Positions 25,701 to 40,245 of a stretch of DNA of 64,000 nt are shown piece by piece. This DNA comes from Styela clava (taxonomy: Eukaryota), in contig NC_135250.1 of NCBI RefSeq assembly GCF_964204865.1, positions 6,820,001 to 6,884,000 of the forward strand, in the 5' to 3' direction. The notes below the pieces were generated by a model. That model did no database searches and was not told where the DNA came from. It saw only the letters and a list, made by a program, of their open reading frames with translations. The first letter of the stretch is position 1, and each line of letters starts with the position of its first letter. Both the position numbers and the translations under genes were made by a program.

Positions 25701-28700
25701 TCAGAGAAGAACTTGAGACATTATTATATTAGGCTATTCAATATGTACATTCTTCGTCCACCACAGAAATACAAATATTGAGATAAAATAATATTGTTTT
25801 GACTTGTATATTAATAACATGTATTTCGAGCAACAATGTAAAAAGAATGTCCAAATAAAAAACCAAATTGAAATAAATTTGAAATTGCATACATACTCAA
25901 TATATAAATTTAGAATGTATTGGGAATAGTAAATTATTAGATTTTGGCCATTCCTGATGTTTGTGCAATACTAAACTCATATCGACTCATACATGAACTA
26001 GAAACAACTTACAACGTCACTGTCAATGAAAAATTTTCCAAAAATGGAAGCATTCACAGCGAATCAATACTGTAATTATTATTTCTATATATAACGGAAA
26101 ACTTTAGTAGATAGTATCATATTATTAAAAAGCCCTGTCACAATTTGAATACTATTTAAAATGATTACAGCAAGTGATTCAGTAATGGCAGTGTAAGCTA
26201 TTGGCAAAAAGCACCATCAAAAATGCTACTATGCAATAACTTCATAGCCAATTTCATGGCTTGAATAATATTATCAACTAAGCTATTCGATAACTTCCAA
26301 AATTTAGATATTGTCTTATAAAAGTCGATCCACGCAAAAACCTATTACTTTGCCTATTTTTGGAATAGAAATTGATATTTCGCACAATAAAGTTTCAATT
26401 TCTAAAATTTTAATAACTTTTCTGTAATGCAAAATGAATTTTACCAGAAGGATGGGCAAAACACAATTTCTAACGAACATTTGGGTAAATAGCCTACCTA
26501 ATTTGCTGAATTTTGGAATAGAAATTGATATTTCGCACAATGAAATTTCAATTTCTAAAATTTCAAATTTTCATGTACTGCCATATGAATTTTGCCAAAA
26601 GGGTATTTTTATTGCATGTATGTGAGAAAGTACCAGACTACATAGCAACAACGGTAATCCACAAAATCTGTTCCTACAGGCTCCGTCTCGAACGTCAACA
26701 TTAAACTATTCTGTGCGCACAATAAAATCACAGAATCGATAAACTCACCGCAGTCAGCCTCAAACGCATTCCTGGTCGTATAAAATGCTCATCCAAAAGA
26801 GTTTGCGGACAGTTGCGACATGTTATTAGATTGATAGGAAGATCAAGTTCATCGATGATGTCTTTGAAACTGTATTCTCTTCCATGTGATGGAATATGCG
26901 ACAACGTAGAAAATTTTCCTTTTGTGGAGAGAGGCAAGCTGTAAAAATAAACAAAAGAATAAATACTGTGATATTCCAAAAACTTTTGTAAATTTTGAAG
27001 GTAAAATTTAAAAAAAATTATGTTGGTATAGGAGCTAATAGTAATACAGTGAGTGATACCTCAGTAGTCGACGTCGTATACATTCTAAATTTGGGGCAAC
27101 ATATTTTCACATTGATCATATCTAAAATGACATAAATATAAAGGTCATTGGTTTTTTGTGTTGTTTGGTACCAGTTGAAATATCATAAATTTTATTCCAC
27201 TTGTGTAACTGCTCAAATCCCTAATTTTTTAAAAAATGTTGTAAATTATTCCTAAAGTCAAAAACTTACTATATCAAATATAATGACTTTTAAGTGTATT
27301 CAAATATTCGTTGGTATGGTATGACTTAAGTGTGCCATATCAGGTTACCACCAGATAATCAATTTTGCATGGCATAAGCCTACCAGGAACTGGCTCCTAA
27401 GTACAATACTGGGTTATCACCTATTTGAAATTCCCAGAAATCAATTTAATGTGATATCCGGTTGTCAACCTTCATACAATAACATAATGACATACGTACT
27501 ACTGAGTAATCAATCAGTCTGAGTTAAAGATATAAGTAAGAGATATGTATTGAAAATTAGAATATCATGCCAGAATTCTAGAATTTTTTGAAAGTCAATT
27601 TTATTTATTTTGAATAAGATTGTACAAAAAATGAAGAATCTTTCTCAATATCGTCGAAATCAAAAATCTTCAAACTATCGATGTAATGGTAATAGCCATT
27701 TTGACTATATCAGATCAATAATTGATTGGTCATTAAAAATAGTCACGAAATGAAATACAAGTAATAAATTTACAATGACCACGCTATAACTGACAATACA
27801 AATTAAAATAAATTAATCTGGATTAAATATCTCAAACTCAAATCTTGATAAATATTAAAATCTTATTATATTGTATGAAATTAGGTTCTTTATATAGAAA
27901 TTCAAGTCACCATTTGCCATTAGTTTGATAATGACAGTATATCAGCTTAATCCGAATTTTATTGTTGTATAAATTCAATCTATATTAAATTTCAAGGCTA
28001 TATAACTGAAACTCTATGACTACATTCTACATATAATTTATATGATAATTGTATATAGTAATATTTCCATCGACTGTAATATTAAAATTAGCCAAATAAA
28101 TGCTGTCTATTTCAAATTTAAGTCTTTAATTATTTTCCTGAAAAGTATGAAAGGTGGAAATTTACATTAAATGAAGTTATTTGAACGTTGAGTCTATTCA
28201 GTGAGGTGACACATGTAACAGAAATGATGTGTGAATAGCTGAGTAGGTGAATATTGACAGGAAATGAGGTATTGTTTGAACTCTGTATGTTTTCGCTTTG
28301 ATTTCAAAGGTTTCGGTAAAATTTGAATATCCAAAGGTTCATAGTACAGTAATTACAGATCATCGAACTGACCAACTCAGCAGCAACTGACATAATTTAT
28401 CTAGAATCTGTTGTCTGCTTATCTTCGGTGCTGAAGTTAAAACTCTAAGATTAAAAACCTATGTGGCCCATTTCAGGTCCTTGCCGCCAAACCGTATATC
28501 GTATTTTGTGTTAGAGAAGTGGTGAATGCAGTGTTTAATTAAGAATAGATAAACAAGACAGAAACGCTTGGATATATGGACAGTTGGACACCAAGTACAA
28601 GTAACCATTATGGCCACCCAAATGAGAAAAAAATTCCAGCCAAATGTTAAAAGAATTGTTCCATATGTCGTTTGAAGTCATGCCTGTGAAACAAAGTAAA

Positions 28701-31700
28701 TGACAACATTCAGGGTGGAATATTGCTCTATAAAATCTGAAAATATTATAAAGTAGTAGCGTCCTACGGATTGATCCATTAGTTGCAGAAAAGAGCAAAT
28801 TTTTACAACAACAATTTGAATCAAAAATACAACTGGAATATTTTTCCAAGAGGCTCAGATGGCCGATTGATCCTAGGGGTATACTGTAATATATATCAGT
28901 GCTAAACCAAAGAATTATAATAAAAAATTGCAATTGTAAAGGCATGGGATGAATCACTGTATCATACCAATCCCTTATATTATAGCATATTGTATTGTAC
29001 ACACACAAGCATTTTTTTCAAAAAAATTCCATCATGTCATTGTTATGAAACAAATTCATGCAATAATGCGATAATCTGGAATAACTCATATGTACTTCCT
29101 TCCTATCAGACAAAATCTAAATCCATGTCAGTTATATTCAATACATAGAATTCTTGATGCTTTGCTTAATATTCAATTATTGGCATTCAAATGTTTATTC
29201 CTGTTATAACTCAATCGATCTCAATGAATATAATAATATGTTCATGTAAATTTCTCAGTTATATCATGATTCAATTAATGATAGTAGATCATTTGATTTC
29301 CTGTTAATCCTTAAATTACTGTAAAATCCATATTAAAACCAAAACAAGTACTTGTATTATTATATGATACTATTATGATAAATGAGTTTTCCTTAAAATT
29401 TTTGGAATATTTCTGCAACTGCAAAAATCGATAAATGGGCATGAAACAATAAGTGCAATTTTCTAAAATCTAGCAAAATTCAGGATAATGCAACAATCTC
29501 AAGGGAATTATATTGACCGTATATAGAATTGCATTCTGAGAGACTCCTCCAACAATTTCTGGAGCTGATAAAATTAACAATTTTATCCCAAACAGTTTTT
29601 CAAAACAATTCATATGTTTTTGCTACTACAACATGGCCTAATTTCGAGTGTTTCCCAAAGCTGGCATTGAGCAAACCATAAAAAATAATTCTGTGATTAG
29701 AAACTGATAAAAAAGGTGTATCCATATACTCCAAATAAAAACTTTTAACATAAAAAAAAACATACTTTACGACTTCTTTTGTCATTTCAATCATAAATGC
29801 TACACAAGGTACAGCAACAAACTTGTACTTTGGTTTTCCACTGAAAGCGGCAAACTGTAAAAAAGACTATCATTAGTTTCTGCACTATTAACTTCAAAAT
29901 TGACCCAATTTTAACAAATGACCTTTAACCTGATCTGATGGTTGAATCTCAACCAAGCAGGAAATTCATCACATGACTATAATTGATTGTCGGTTTTATG
30001 CCAATTCATATAAAATTTGCAATTATTCCAGATTCTTGACAGTGAAAAACGAAACTATCTATTGCAAAATTGGAATGAGAAAATATATTTTCAAAGCTTT
30101 GCAGAAGAATGACAATTTAGGCTATTTATGAAAGAATTGATTGCATAACTGAATGCAAAATTTTCAAATATCGCCATGTCAATGCTAAATAGATAAGGGT
30201 AACACGCACTGACTTTCATTATAAAAATCTCACCAATGTAAACAGTAGCAGACAGAACTAGGGGATCTATATATTAATTAACATAATTTGTTGTTCAAGA
30301 ACTATATCTCACAATTCACACAAATCAAACTATTTCGTAGCAAATTACAATATCATAGTTTTCAGGATGCCACTGTGGATATGGCAAATTACAGAAAAAA
30401 GATGTCAATTTGATAAAATGATTGATTGCAGCACATTTATAGCAGTTCTTATTTAGAAATTACACTGAATCATTACATTGTCAATACCTGAGGTGAGGTA
30501 TGTAGGCTACTAATTTGGTTGACTCATTTTCAATATAAATAGAAAACCAAAAGAATGGGTTATCAAAATATTGGAAATTTCAATCTGAAATAATGATAAT
30601 AATGCTGCGAAGAATTTCCGATTTAGGAAGGTTTTACACCTCAACTCATAACAAGCAGACAGTGATATGCAGAGGGCTGCATGTTTTCATAAGAACCAGG
30701 ACCTTTCCAGTCCGGCACAAAGCTTACCTAATTCATCATAACCTGCATAATCTGAGAGCATGGAATTTCAACTATAGCTAATATGTCATTGTACACCACT
30801 CAAATCAAATACAGTAAAACAAATTTTTACAAATAGACACTTTTAGCAATAAGAAATAATAACTTATCATGAGTTAAAAAACACATTGCTAAAATACTAA
30901 CCCTAGACGGTGTCACAGTATAAACTTCCTTCTTTTCAATAACAATGAGTTGATCAGTAGGCTGCAAGACCAAAGATTTTGTTTTTTCACCAGATGATGA
31001 CGCAATTTCTTGAGTGGTCACTGGGTAAACAACTAATCTTTCTTGAGGAAACACTCTCTCTGGCATTGACATAGAAATCTCTTTGACGGAATGGAACATC
31101 TGGAAAAAGAATTGTACGCAATTGAAGCTTGGGTTATGTTTACTATGGGGCAAAGTAGACGTTATGCATATCCACAAAATAAAAGCACTGATAAATGTCT
31201 TATTTAAAGCATAACTTTGTAATTATTTTTCATGTATTATTTGATAAATAGTTGTCGAATATGTTTTATTTGCTAAAACATAACATCATAATACAAATAC
31301 CGTAGATGTTCTTGTTATTCAGATTAAAGTGAAACTTAATCACAAAGAGCTGCAGTGGAGGGGTACCGAATATGTTCAAAACGAATTGATTAATTGTTTC
31401 ATTTGTACTTGAACAAATCCCTATCTAAAATATTTTTGAATTCAAACTCGTATTTTAGAATTTTTTTAAAATAATAGAATGATCAGTTTTGACTATACTT
31501 AGTGAGTACTATGAGCCTAATATGTTAAACCCATAAAGTTTACTAAATAAATTTTGTATCATAATTTCAATGTAAAATATTTCAGGGTAACAAAGAAATG
31601 TGTAACATAGAGCATAGTAACGGCAAAAATTTCCTATGACACAAATATCTATTTACAACTTCATGAAATGAATAGAAGGAAAATTTCAACTATACTGATC

Positions 31701-34700
31701 ATATTAATTTATCTATTCATTGCTTAGGTCATATATATTTGGAATTTTTGCGAAAGTACATGACCCACACTCTACAGGTTACGAATTTCCCTCCTTACTT
31801 AATAAAGTCCAAAGTGCTGATAGTGATAACATTGATATCCCCTCTGTTCAGAATTTTATATCAAAATAGTAAGTACAAATACGTTTTAAAATGTAATCTT
31901 ATTAATTGTCAATGTCTATAAAATTGGGTCATACATATGGATACCATCAAAACTTTAAAATCGAAAAACTCAAACCGCTTTTTCATATAAATTCGGATTC
32001 CAAATTAAAAATATTGATATTTATCTAAAGCAAACCAAAATTATATTTCCCAATATTGCAGATGAATAACGACTAAACTGGAACAATATTCATCAAATAG
32101 CTGTAATATTAAATCAATTTTCATTTCCAAATCAAAAATAGTGATTTATACCGGTAGCAAAAAATTTATGATTATACAATTCTGTAACTATCTAATATAT
32201 TTGAATTTGAAGGCTGATATTCGATATATTAGAATGAATAAGTGATTACGAAACACCCAGATCATTGAAAAATTATACCAAGAATAATTAACTAATTTAC
32301 ATGAACATCTTGATTGCCTTTCTGATCGTTTCTGTATTGGAAAGTTCCGTTGTATTCTGATGAAATTTCAAGTTGTGGGCCAACAACATAAGCACCTTCT
32401 TCTTCTAAGCTTTGAACTGTTAACCTTTATTGAAATAATTACTCATAAACGTTTAAATCACATAATTTGATTAATGATGATAATAGGAGAATATCATACT
32501 AGTCTGCTTTGCATCACATTGGTAATGATTCATTTCCATTATACTAGGCCGGTTATAATAACAAAATACAACTGAATTAAAAATCTGATTCAATGTAGGG
32601 GATAACAGGTTGTTATAACTATTTTGGCATTACAGGTCTAATAACCAAAACTTTCCTATAACTGAGCAAATAGATGATCTGAGGTAATGAGAAATGAATC
32701 AGCTATGAAAAAAAATTCACAGACGCGATGACCTAGTGGTTAATTAGAGTATTAAACTTAACTGATGCCAATGTTAGCATCGCAAGTTCCACATATCTAA
32801 CGAATTTCATGCACAACACCATAGGCGTAGGCAAGGGGCCTAAGGGGCAATGCCCTCCCCCCCCCACCAAAAAAAAATATTTTACATTTTTTTTCAAATG
32901 CAAGTTTGCAGCATTCGCAAGAAGATATAAATTTCTACAGCTTTTCCAACATTATTTTATTCTTGACTTGCTATCAATATTCCTTTCGCGAAATGAACCA
33001 ATCAACCAATCATGAAAAAGCATGTTTGTATACCTTGGATAACTTAGACAGCGAAGTAGAGGGATTCTTTATGATATCAGTGGCTGCTTTTATCTAGCCT
33101 TGTTCAAAGCAAAAAGCACGAGTAAGAGCCATATTAAAAATAAAAAATGGCCTCAAAATTTTGGGTTGGCTACACTTTTGCCTACCACCTTACCAAGAGT
33201 GTGTGTAATAAATATGGTGGGTAATACCGAAGCGGAATTATTCTAGTCCTGAAAACAATAGCTACTTACATATCGTTACATATCAGTGGCTGCTTGTGCA
33301 CACCTTGGTTACGACAAAATACACGAATAAACAAATGCTTGGTATAAAAACTATTTCAACAATCAACAGCAACTTTATAAAATTGTTCCTTTCTTAATCA
33401 GATTAATTAAAAACATTTTGGTGTTTGTAGTAGCCTATTTCATAATTTTAATATATTTTACCAAATATAGAATTATTTAATAAATAAAAAATACCTTTGT
33501 GTCACCCAAAAATGATGCAACAATATTGGATCCTCTGAAACATTATAAGTGGCAGCAGTTTCAGCAGTGGGCTTGACAATCTTAAAAGAAAGAAATGAAA
33601 TTTGAATAAATTATAAGACGAGACAAAGAAGCGAAACCAAATAATTCACTATTCTGAATACATTCCAAAATATGAAATATTGAATCGATATTCTAGTTTG
33701 CGCCATATTCAAAATGAACACATGAACGTTGATGTATACTCAGTCAAGTTTGTAGGAAAGATGACTTAAACAGATATCCAATTGGATCTCTATATTGTCT
33801 ACAGTTACCAGAAAATAATGTATTATTTTTTGAGAAACTGTTGTTTCCGAAACGCAACTATTCCTAAATTAAGGAATTTGAAATATTCTTTACACATAAC
33901 GATCAGTTTTCTATGAATTTGATTATTCGACTTGTGTTTAAAATCCCAAGATCGGGCTAACATCATGAGGCAATATGAAGAGTGTCCTGATGTGAAAGCT
34001 AAATATTGATAGAAATGCAGATGAAAAGGTTATCAAAAGATAGAAGCAGAATAAGACAGATGCCAGTGCACAATTATAAACAGTACAGAGATGACGAAAT
34101 GACTAACTGGAAATGATTCTAGGGTGAATAAATATCACTACCATAACCAATTAGGATTTTAGAGACTGTCTAATGCCTTATTAAACTATTTGAACCCAGA
34201 ATCCCAATCAGGGTTGATTTTTTAGTAAAATCGATGTGTTAATTTTTATTATCCAGTAATGTAACACCTGGGATATGTAGTCAAAAGAATTGCTATGAAA
34301 ATTTAAGTCTTGTTTAATTTAGAACAGCTCGATTTCAAAAAGCAAGAAATGGTACCAAAAACACTTCTACATAAGGATGAGAATAATCTAATACGTCCAT
34401 TTTGTATACAATGTACCAATGATTCCTACTAGTGGCGAAGTTGTTCTAAACTAGTGGTGGAGTTGTTCTGACAATGGGACACAAATAAGGCATTATCTGA
34501 TCAAATTGAAGACATAGATAAATCATAAATGAACTCAGTACGTTACAGTTCTCCAATTTCAAGAATAGCCCCTACATTGACAGACATCAATTATAACAGA
34601 AGGGGAAATCCCTCATTTGAGAGACAGTCTGGGCCTCCATTTTGGCAAAACAGCTTCGCGCAATAAACTAAAAGAAAGCACAATCTAAAAACGTGATCAT

Positions 34701-35123
34701 TGGATTCCTCGTAAATAAATAATCCAATTTACCAAAAAAAAAAAAATTTTACCGTAGCATCAGTTTTCTGCGAAAACGCAATTTGGTTATGATCAATTTA
34801 GATTATTATCAAGACAAGCATGGCGCAATCTGACACATCTGCCGTCGTGCCAGACGTCCCTGTTTCAGAGACAAAAAGGTTGTTTGTTTTATTGAACCCA
34901 ATGTCTTGCAATTGAAGAACTGTGCCCTATTCAGCTATTGGAACTATTTATTCAAAAGAATCATATTATCATGAGAAAAATGTCATACATAGCCTACCAT
35001 GGGATAAGAAGAGTTTCGGTTAAATTTCTGGACACTTGTAGACCATTCCACAGACCGCAACAAGTTTTTGACATCATGTATTCCATTCGATGACACTAGT
35101 GAGCTGTTACTTAAAAAGTTCAT
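19718..35123 (-). CDS. GAREM: GAREM-like adaptor (N-terminal CABIT, proline-rich region, C-terminal SAM), 15 coding exons, ~890 aa
   Basis: Exons 34998-35123, 33495-33580, 32301-32424, 30902-31099, 29766-29854, 26749-26938, 25062-25169, 24300-24397, 23801-23953, 23088-23381, 22674-22819, 21691-22422, 21087-21172, 20444-20514, 19718-19889 (2673 nt, in phase). Motifs SLEEEGAYVVGPQLEI, FHSVKEI...PERVF, LPLSTKGKFST, PPLPPR, and C-terminus WIPPYDLSGMSVSEVSDALRYIGM..FRAEKVDGHLL..KKMVMFLKGWRPKL match vertebrate GAREM. Confidence 0.92.
21877..21995 (-). repeat. Coding 30-bp tandem repeat x4 (QQEINAESAK-like) in GAREM
   Basis: QKEINAESAN QQEINTESAK QQEINAESAK QQEINAEAA in ORF 21677-22399. Confidence 0.9.
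24005..24095 (+). mobile_element. SINE 3' fragment
   Basis: ggacaagaggccg..atatgattaagccgtcttatcggctgtcctctcccctgggataaa matches the tails of the other SINE copies. Confidence 0.7.
25416..25621. mobile_element. MITE with ~25-bp imperfect TIRs and internal cctaaccctaacc
   Basis: cggcactccagaagtatgtgtacca / tggtatacacactcaggagtaccg; second partial copy at 3450-3570. Confidence 0.8.
26335..26600. repeat. Imperfect direct duplication, ~154-bp period
   Basis: ttttggaatagaaattgatatttcgcacaat.aa.tttcaatttctaaaattt occurs at ~26357 and ~26511. Confidence 0.8.
32820..33180. mobile_element. Old hAT-Tip100-like MITE
   Basis: Left cataggcgtaggcaagggg..ggggcaatgccctccccc; right ttggctacacttttg; TSD degraded (5/8). 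Confidence 0.4.
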
Positions 35124-35865
35124 TGTTATGTTGTCAATGGAGTGGAATTCCAATAACTTTAAATTCTTTTGCGACAATCTTTAACATTTTTCGTAATTTT
35201 AGTGTATTCTATTCCAGTTCTCATTTTCATGTTGTTTTCCAAGTAAACAGATATGAAAATTGTGGTGCTTATTTTGTTTAGAAATATATCTTCAATTACA
35301 GAATTATAAACAAGTACAGAATTAAAAATTGATTCAAATAGTCTACCTTTGTCATTTGTAAATTCACTATTCTGCTATTACTGCATTTGTTTACACAACC
35401 TGTTTACCTAATAAAGTAAATGTGATCTGTGTGATGGGCCAAGCTAGTCCAGAAGTTGATACCCTAAATAATCAGATAAGTCTGTAAGTTCAAATTTTCC
35501 TCTGCTGTTCTACTGGCTTCCCTGTCAAATCATACATTCTTCTATCTATTCTGCATATGTTTATTTAAATTTTGCGATTGAATCAACATAAAATCTATCT
35601 ATCTACTGCTGCCGGTACGGTACCGGTATATAATATAGTACTTTTTTTTTTTTTTGCCAAATAAATTCCATTGCCAAACGGAATTTTCGTATATTAATTT
35701 TATTGTCGAATTAGTATAATTTGCACCCAATTAAAACAATTTCATAATTTCAAAACACATTGCCCATATAGTACTGTAGTACGGTACAGCACTAACAGCA
35801 TCATGTTTTGATGTTGCAGAAAGATGCTGTGATGGGTCAAATGTCAGGATGTGAGTAGTAGCTAG

Positions 35866-36551
35866 TAGGGCTGGGAATGGTTTCCGTAAACGATTTCAGA
35901 TGGTTAACGGTTACGATTTTAAGGGCCGTTAACTGACATCTCAGGTACAAATCATCTTAATAATGTACAATTCTTTCAAAAATGATTACGTCATCGCAAA
36001 TTTATCTCCTGTGGCGTTTAATTCAAATGGAGGACCAACGACTAACATACCGGTGAGGACCTAATAAATGTGAAAAATAATTGAAGTACCAAGATTGCTG
36101 ATTATTCAAATTTGACAATAATTAGTTATGAATCAGTTTTCGGTCGAAATATATTGTTCACGGTTTTATTTCATAATCATATATTCAATGTCAACCAACA
36201 AGTGCGTAGTTGATGCTGTTTTTCTTTATATATCTCAAAGTAGAATTTGCACATCAATCACTGGAAATTTGTCACATAAATGACATTTGATAACGGAATC
36301 GGGTTTTACTCAAATACTTCCATATGTCCTACCAATGCTGCATATCTCTTGCAGCAGAGCGATCACGAAACTATCTCCATTCGTGAATAATTTTGAGCGA
36401 CACCGGGATGAGGTCACATGAAATTGCTTTGTAACCATTGTGACGTAACAATCTTAAATTATAAATTATTATGTGAAACGTCACGCTGCGGTTATCGGTT
36501 AATTTTACCCGGTTAACGGTTAAAATGTTTTCGCTAAAATTCCCAGCCCTA
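35866..36551. mobile_element. hAT MITE
   Basis: Perfect 13-bp TIR tagggctgggaat / attcccagcccta; subterminal ggttaacggtta at both ends; 8-mer gatgtgag on both sides (left copy offset by 10 nt). Confidence 0.85.
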
Positions 36552-36600
36552 GATGTGAGTAATAACTGACACTTGTAAAAAAAAGTAAAATAGCCTACAT

Positions 36601-37081
36601 CAGGGTGGTCCAAAGTTGTCGGCTCCGCGGGCCACAAAATTATTTTTGCATTGTTAGCGGGCCACAATAGTGCCAAGAATGGGGAAACTGTGCAATACAA
36701 AACAAACACTTTTATTGTGCAAACATAGTTATCAGGCATAGGCATTCTAGGCTGATAGAATCCGCAATCAATTTTTATTTTTCCCTGATTCCTATATTGT
36801 TAGCATATATTCCCGACCAAAAAGTTAGATACCCAAATAACAATTCAAACTGCCAAGCACATCATTCAAATTTCAATTTCGCTAGTTGCCTCAGCTAGTC
36901 AAAACACTATTTAATTCAGTGACATTAGTGATGACAATATGTCAAAAGATTTTTCTGAATAATTCTATGACGAAACAAACGAAATGCGATTTTTTTGATT
37001 ACTCTCCGAATGTGACGCGGGCCACAGATAATGAAGCGTCGGGCCACATGTGGCCCGCGGGCCTGGGTTTGGACCACCCCA
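36601..37081. mobile_element. hAT-Charlie-type MITE
   Basis: TIRs cagggtggtccaaa / tttggaccacccca; repeated gcgggccaca subterminal motifs; flanks gcctacat / gcctataa. Confidence 0.85.
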
Positions 37082-37087
37082 GCCTAT

Positions 37088-37250
37088 AATGCTTCTTCCA
37101 TCATCAAGTCCATGCACCTTAAACATATAACTGGCTAGTTTCATATCTGACATGAACGAAAGTCCGTGGTTCTCCATACGGAATACCGTAATCTCCAATA
37201 TCAACTTTCCTCTCCCGTTCTCTCGATTTCCTAAATATTGTAAATCCTAT
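37088..37250 (+). mobile_element. SINE 3' half
   Basis: cttcttccatcatcaagtccatgc..ccgtggttctccata..ctttcctctccc..aaatattgtaaatcctat matches the family tail. Confidence 0.6.
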
Positions 37251-38274
37251 TTTAAATGTTATGTGTTCTGCACTCCTTAGCATCGCATAGCTTGCCTTTT
37301 CGTATGTCAGTCACGAGTAAGACAAATATATTACCTTAGGAAATTATAGGATTAAACAATTGTATTGGGATTTACTATAAAACTGATTCACGCTGATGAC
37401 TACCTTGCAAAAGAAATTGACTACCAGTGGAATGAATTGTCTGTTCTGTATTTGCTGTTTTATTTTTACACCCCTTTCCTCGATGATGGCCGCTGCGTGA
37501 ACGTTACATCGATTACATATAATAGGTTGGATTGCGTGCATGTGGATTTGAGTTCAACAAAGTTGGCGTTGGATACAAGGAGAGATATAAATCATAATTT
37601 ATCTACATTATTGGTGAAAGAGGTAAATAAGCGAGAACCCCAATTTTCTAAAATTCTACTCAGTCTCAATATAAGCTTGTCATCGAAAAATCTCCTCAAA
37701 AATTCTTATTTTGACAAAAAGTAGTTCAGTGAGAAGAAGCATTTTACAATACCATACATACAGTATAGCAAAAAATTGTGTATGCACAGTATTCTAATGA
37801 ATATTTATTCAAAAACCAAAAATATTGATGCCGATTAGTCGATAGATTAATGGTAATAAATTGACGATTATTTGATTAACGCTTTAGGATCATGCGAACC
37901 GTGATTTGATAACTTCTGTTGCATCGGAAATTGTTTGTTCATATAGATATATAGAATATACCAGAGTAACTGGATGAATAATTCTACATTTATATTTAGC
38001 AACAAAATATTCCGCCACCATTTGATCATCTTGCACATCTCGTCAACTCCGTACAATAGGAGACGTTGCTCGTTCAGCTGTAGGATAAAACAAGGGAAGG
38101 CGTTTTAATATCATATTCAGATAAATATATTTATTTAATATAAATGAAATTCATGATGTCTTTATCGAAACATAACTTAATTTGGCGTTTTTTTTTATAA
38201 AAAATAATGAACATTTATTGACCTTTTGTAATATTTTCGTACTTACAACCTGCAGAAAAGCGTGGGACGATTGA

Positions 38275-40245
38275 CTAACTCATGTTGCTGTAGTTGTCAC
38301 CAGCTTTCAACAAACCTGATGTCGCCTGCACGTTACACAAGACATCTTGAAAAGCGTTGGAATACTTGATGGCTTCGTTTGAAGGGGCGTAAAACATGAA
38401 TGCGGGTTGTCCTCCAGGTATCGTCATGTTAGCTGACAGGGAAGAACCTGTAACGAGCTCATCTTGGAAATGTTGAGTGCCCTTAATATAAGAATTCAAA
38501 TTATTGCACAACGGTATTGTAGTAATTCGTCATATTTTTGTATGTATAGTATATTTTATAAACTTTTCAGATCAAAACTTCGAAAAACAACATACCTAAC
38601 ACTTAACAGGTATAAACTGTCGGGTTTGATTCATGTACAGTTAACATAATGCATGGAAAGAATAAATACGATGGTCAGGATATTCTATTTTGCCTATCAA
38701 ATATATAACATTACATTCACTCTCTGTATCGATTTTGCATATATAAAAATATTGAATGGATGATATTAATATAAACATCTGAAAATACCCTATCCGTGAA
38801 CCAGCGATCGTCATGTGAGGTCAAGGCTAGGTATCCAAGCAACGCAGTTGATGACGTTATCACAACTTCAGCGAGAACAAAAATGCTCATGATAGTTCCA
38901 ATAACTATTCCCATAGATTTGTTCTTTTCATCATAATAATCAACCTAAAATGTGCGAAACTTTTAGAAATTACCAAATGGTTTTCATTTGTCATTTTGCC
39001 TGAAGTTTTGTTCAAATATTCAAGACATTTGATTTGCTATGTTCGAAGCCAATAAGTGACACGGTTTTTAATCATTCCGTCTTATTATACAGCAATATCC
39101 AGATATTATTTATTACTTGAATGGAGCAACATGAAGTGCACGGATGGACACGGTACTCGGATCCAACAATTGCATATGAAAAGTATTACCTCTTGTGCGA
39201 TAGACATTGTGATTACGGCCATCAGCGATATCGCCATTAAAACAGCAAGCGCTGAACATCCAAATGATATAGCAGCCTAAAAAGTTTAAAAAGACGTACT
39301 AAATTAAAAGTGCCGGAGGAATGAATTATCAGAAATTAAATATTTTCCAAATACAAACCACAAATCTGTCTTTTCGTTTGTAAGCAATAATAACGCCGAA
39401 ACCGCTTAGCAATATCTGAAACAAAAGTACAAAAGAAAATACCAATTTAATGTCAATTTACTATTGTCAATACCCACAAAATAATTCTCTAAGTTTAAGT
39501 TGTTTCCACACCTGAGGTATTGGCTAAAACTTTGATAACGTTATAAGCGAGCTTGTGTTCTTGCGCTCAGTATTTTTTTTTATGAAATCCATAGTGCTGT
39601 ACAAAGCATAATATATACTCACCAGAAGTGAAATCCAAACAGGAACACCGGGTGCACCAAGGAAAGATGGCGATGGAGAAGTCAATTCTTTAAATTGGCA
39701 GAAGATTGCAAGTAAATCAAGTATAATCAACATCACCCCTAAAAAAATCATTTAAACCATATCGCTTATGTCGTCTGCACATCTAGTTTAATTAGCGAGA
39801 CTAACTACAGTATATGGGTAGAATATTTCATGCCGTATTTTAACAGGTGGGAGGGACTGAGAGAATAATTGTTGTTAAAGAAAGGGTTCAAAAACGCGTG
39901 ACAAATCAAATGCAAGTCAACAGTTCTGACGATTGAATTTGGTTTTTGCCCTGAAGTCACTAGGAATTCACTGACTCTGTGACAATATGCTCTAAAAATC
40001 AAACCCGCGGTCCATATGACAACCTAATTGCGCCAAAATATTTTGTAAATATGGACATAAAAATAATTATTCCTGATAGATTAGAACTACCTACCGCACC
40101 CGGCCTGCGCTATTCCAAACGTCAAAATCTTAGGGCTCTGATTAAATTGCACTGTATCCCCTGGTCGCATAACACGAAGATACCATATCTGAAAACTTGT
40201 ACAATATGTGTCGCAACATCCAGGATCCACTGATATTTCCGACAT
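38275..40245 (-). CDS. MS4A: MS4A/CD20-like four-TM protein, copy 1 (full-length, 257 aa)
   Basis: Exons 40095-40245, 39623-39738, 39359-39415, 39190-39276, 38789-38944, 38275-38481 in phase. Family-like motifs FGIAQAGCG (TM1), GVPVWISLLILLSG (TM2), hydrophobic TM3, FVLAEVVIT (TM4); 68-aa last exon. Confidence 0.82.

Noticed and set aside
28535-29008. 157-aa ORF in a GAREM intron
   Set aside because: No recognisable motif, composition typical of AT-rich non-coding DNA, and not needed for the GAREM frame.
37365-37724. 119-aa + strand ORF
   Set aside because: Non-ATG start, no compatible splice sites and no family similarity.
39739-39782. Apparent frameshift (A7 versus A6) in MS4A copies 1 and 2 relative to copy 3
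   Set aside because: The run is the intron-1 polypyrimidine tract; the phase-1 splice TGC G|gtaggt..tttag|GG GTG is intact in all copies.
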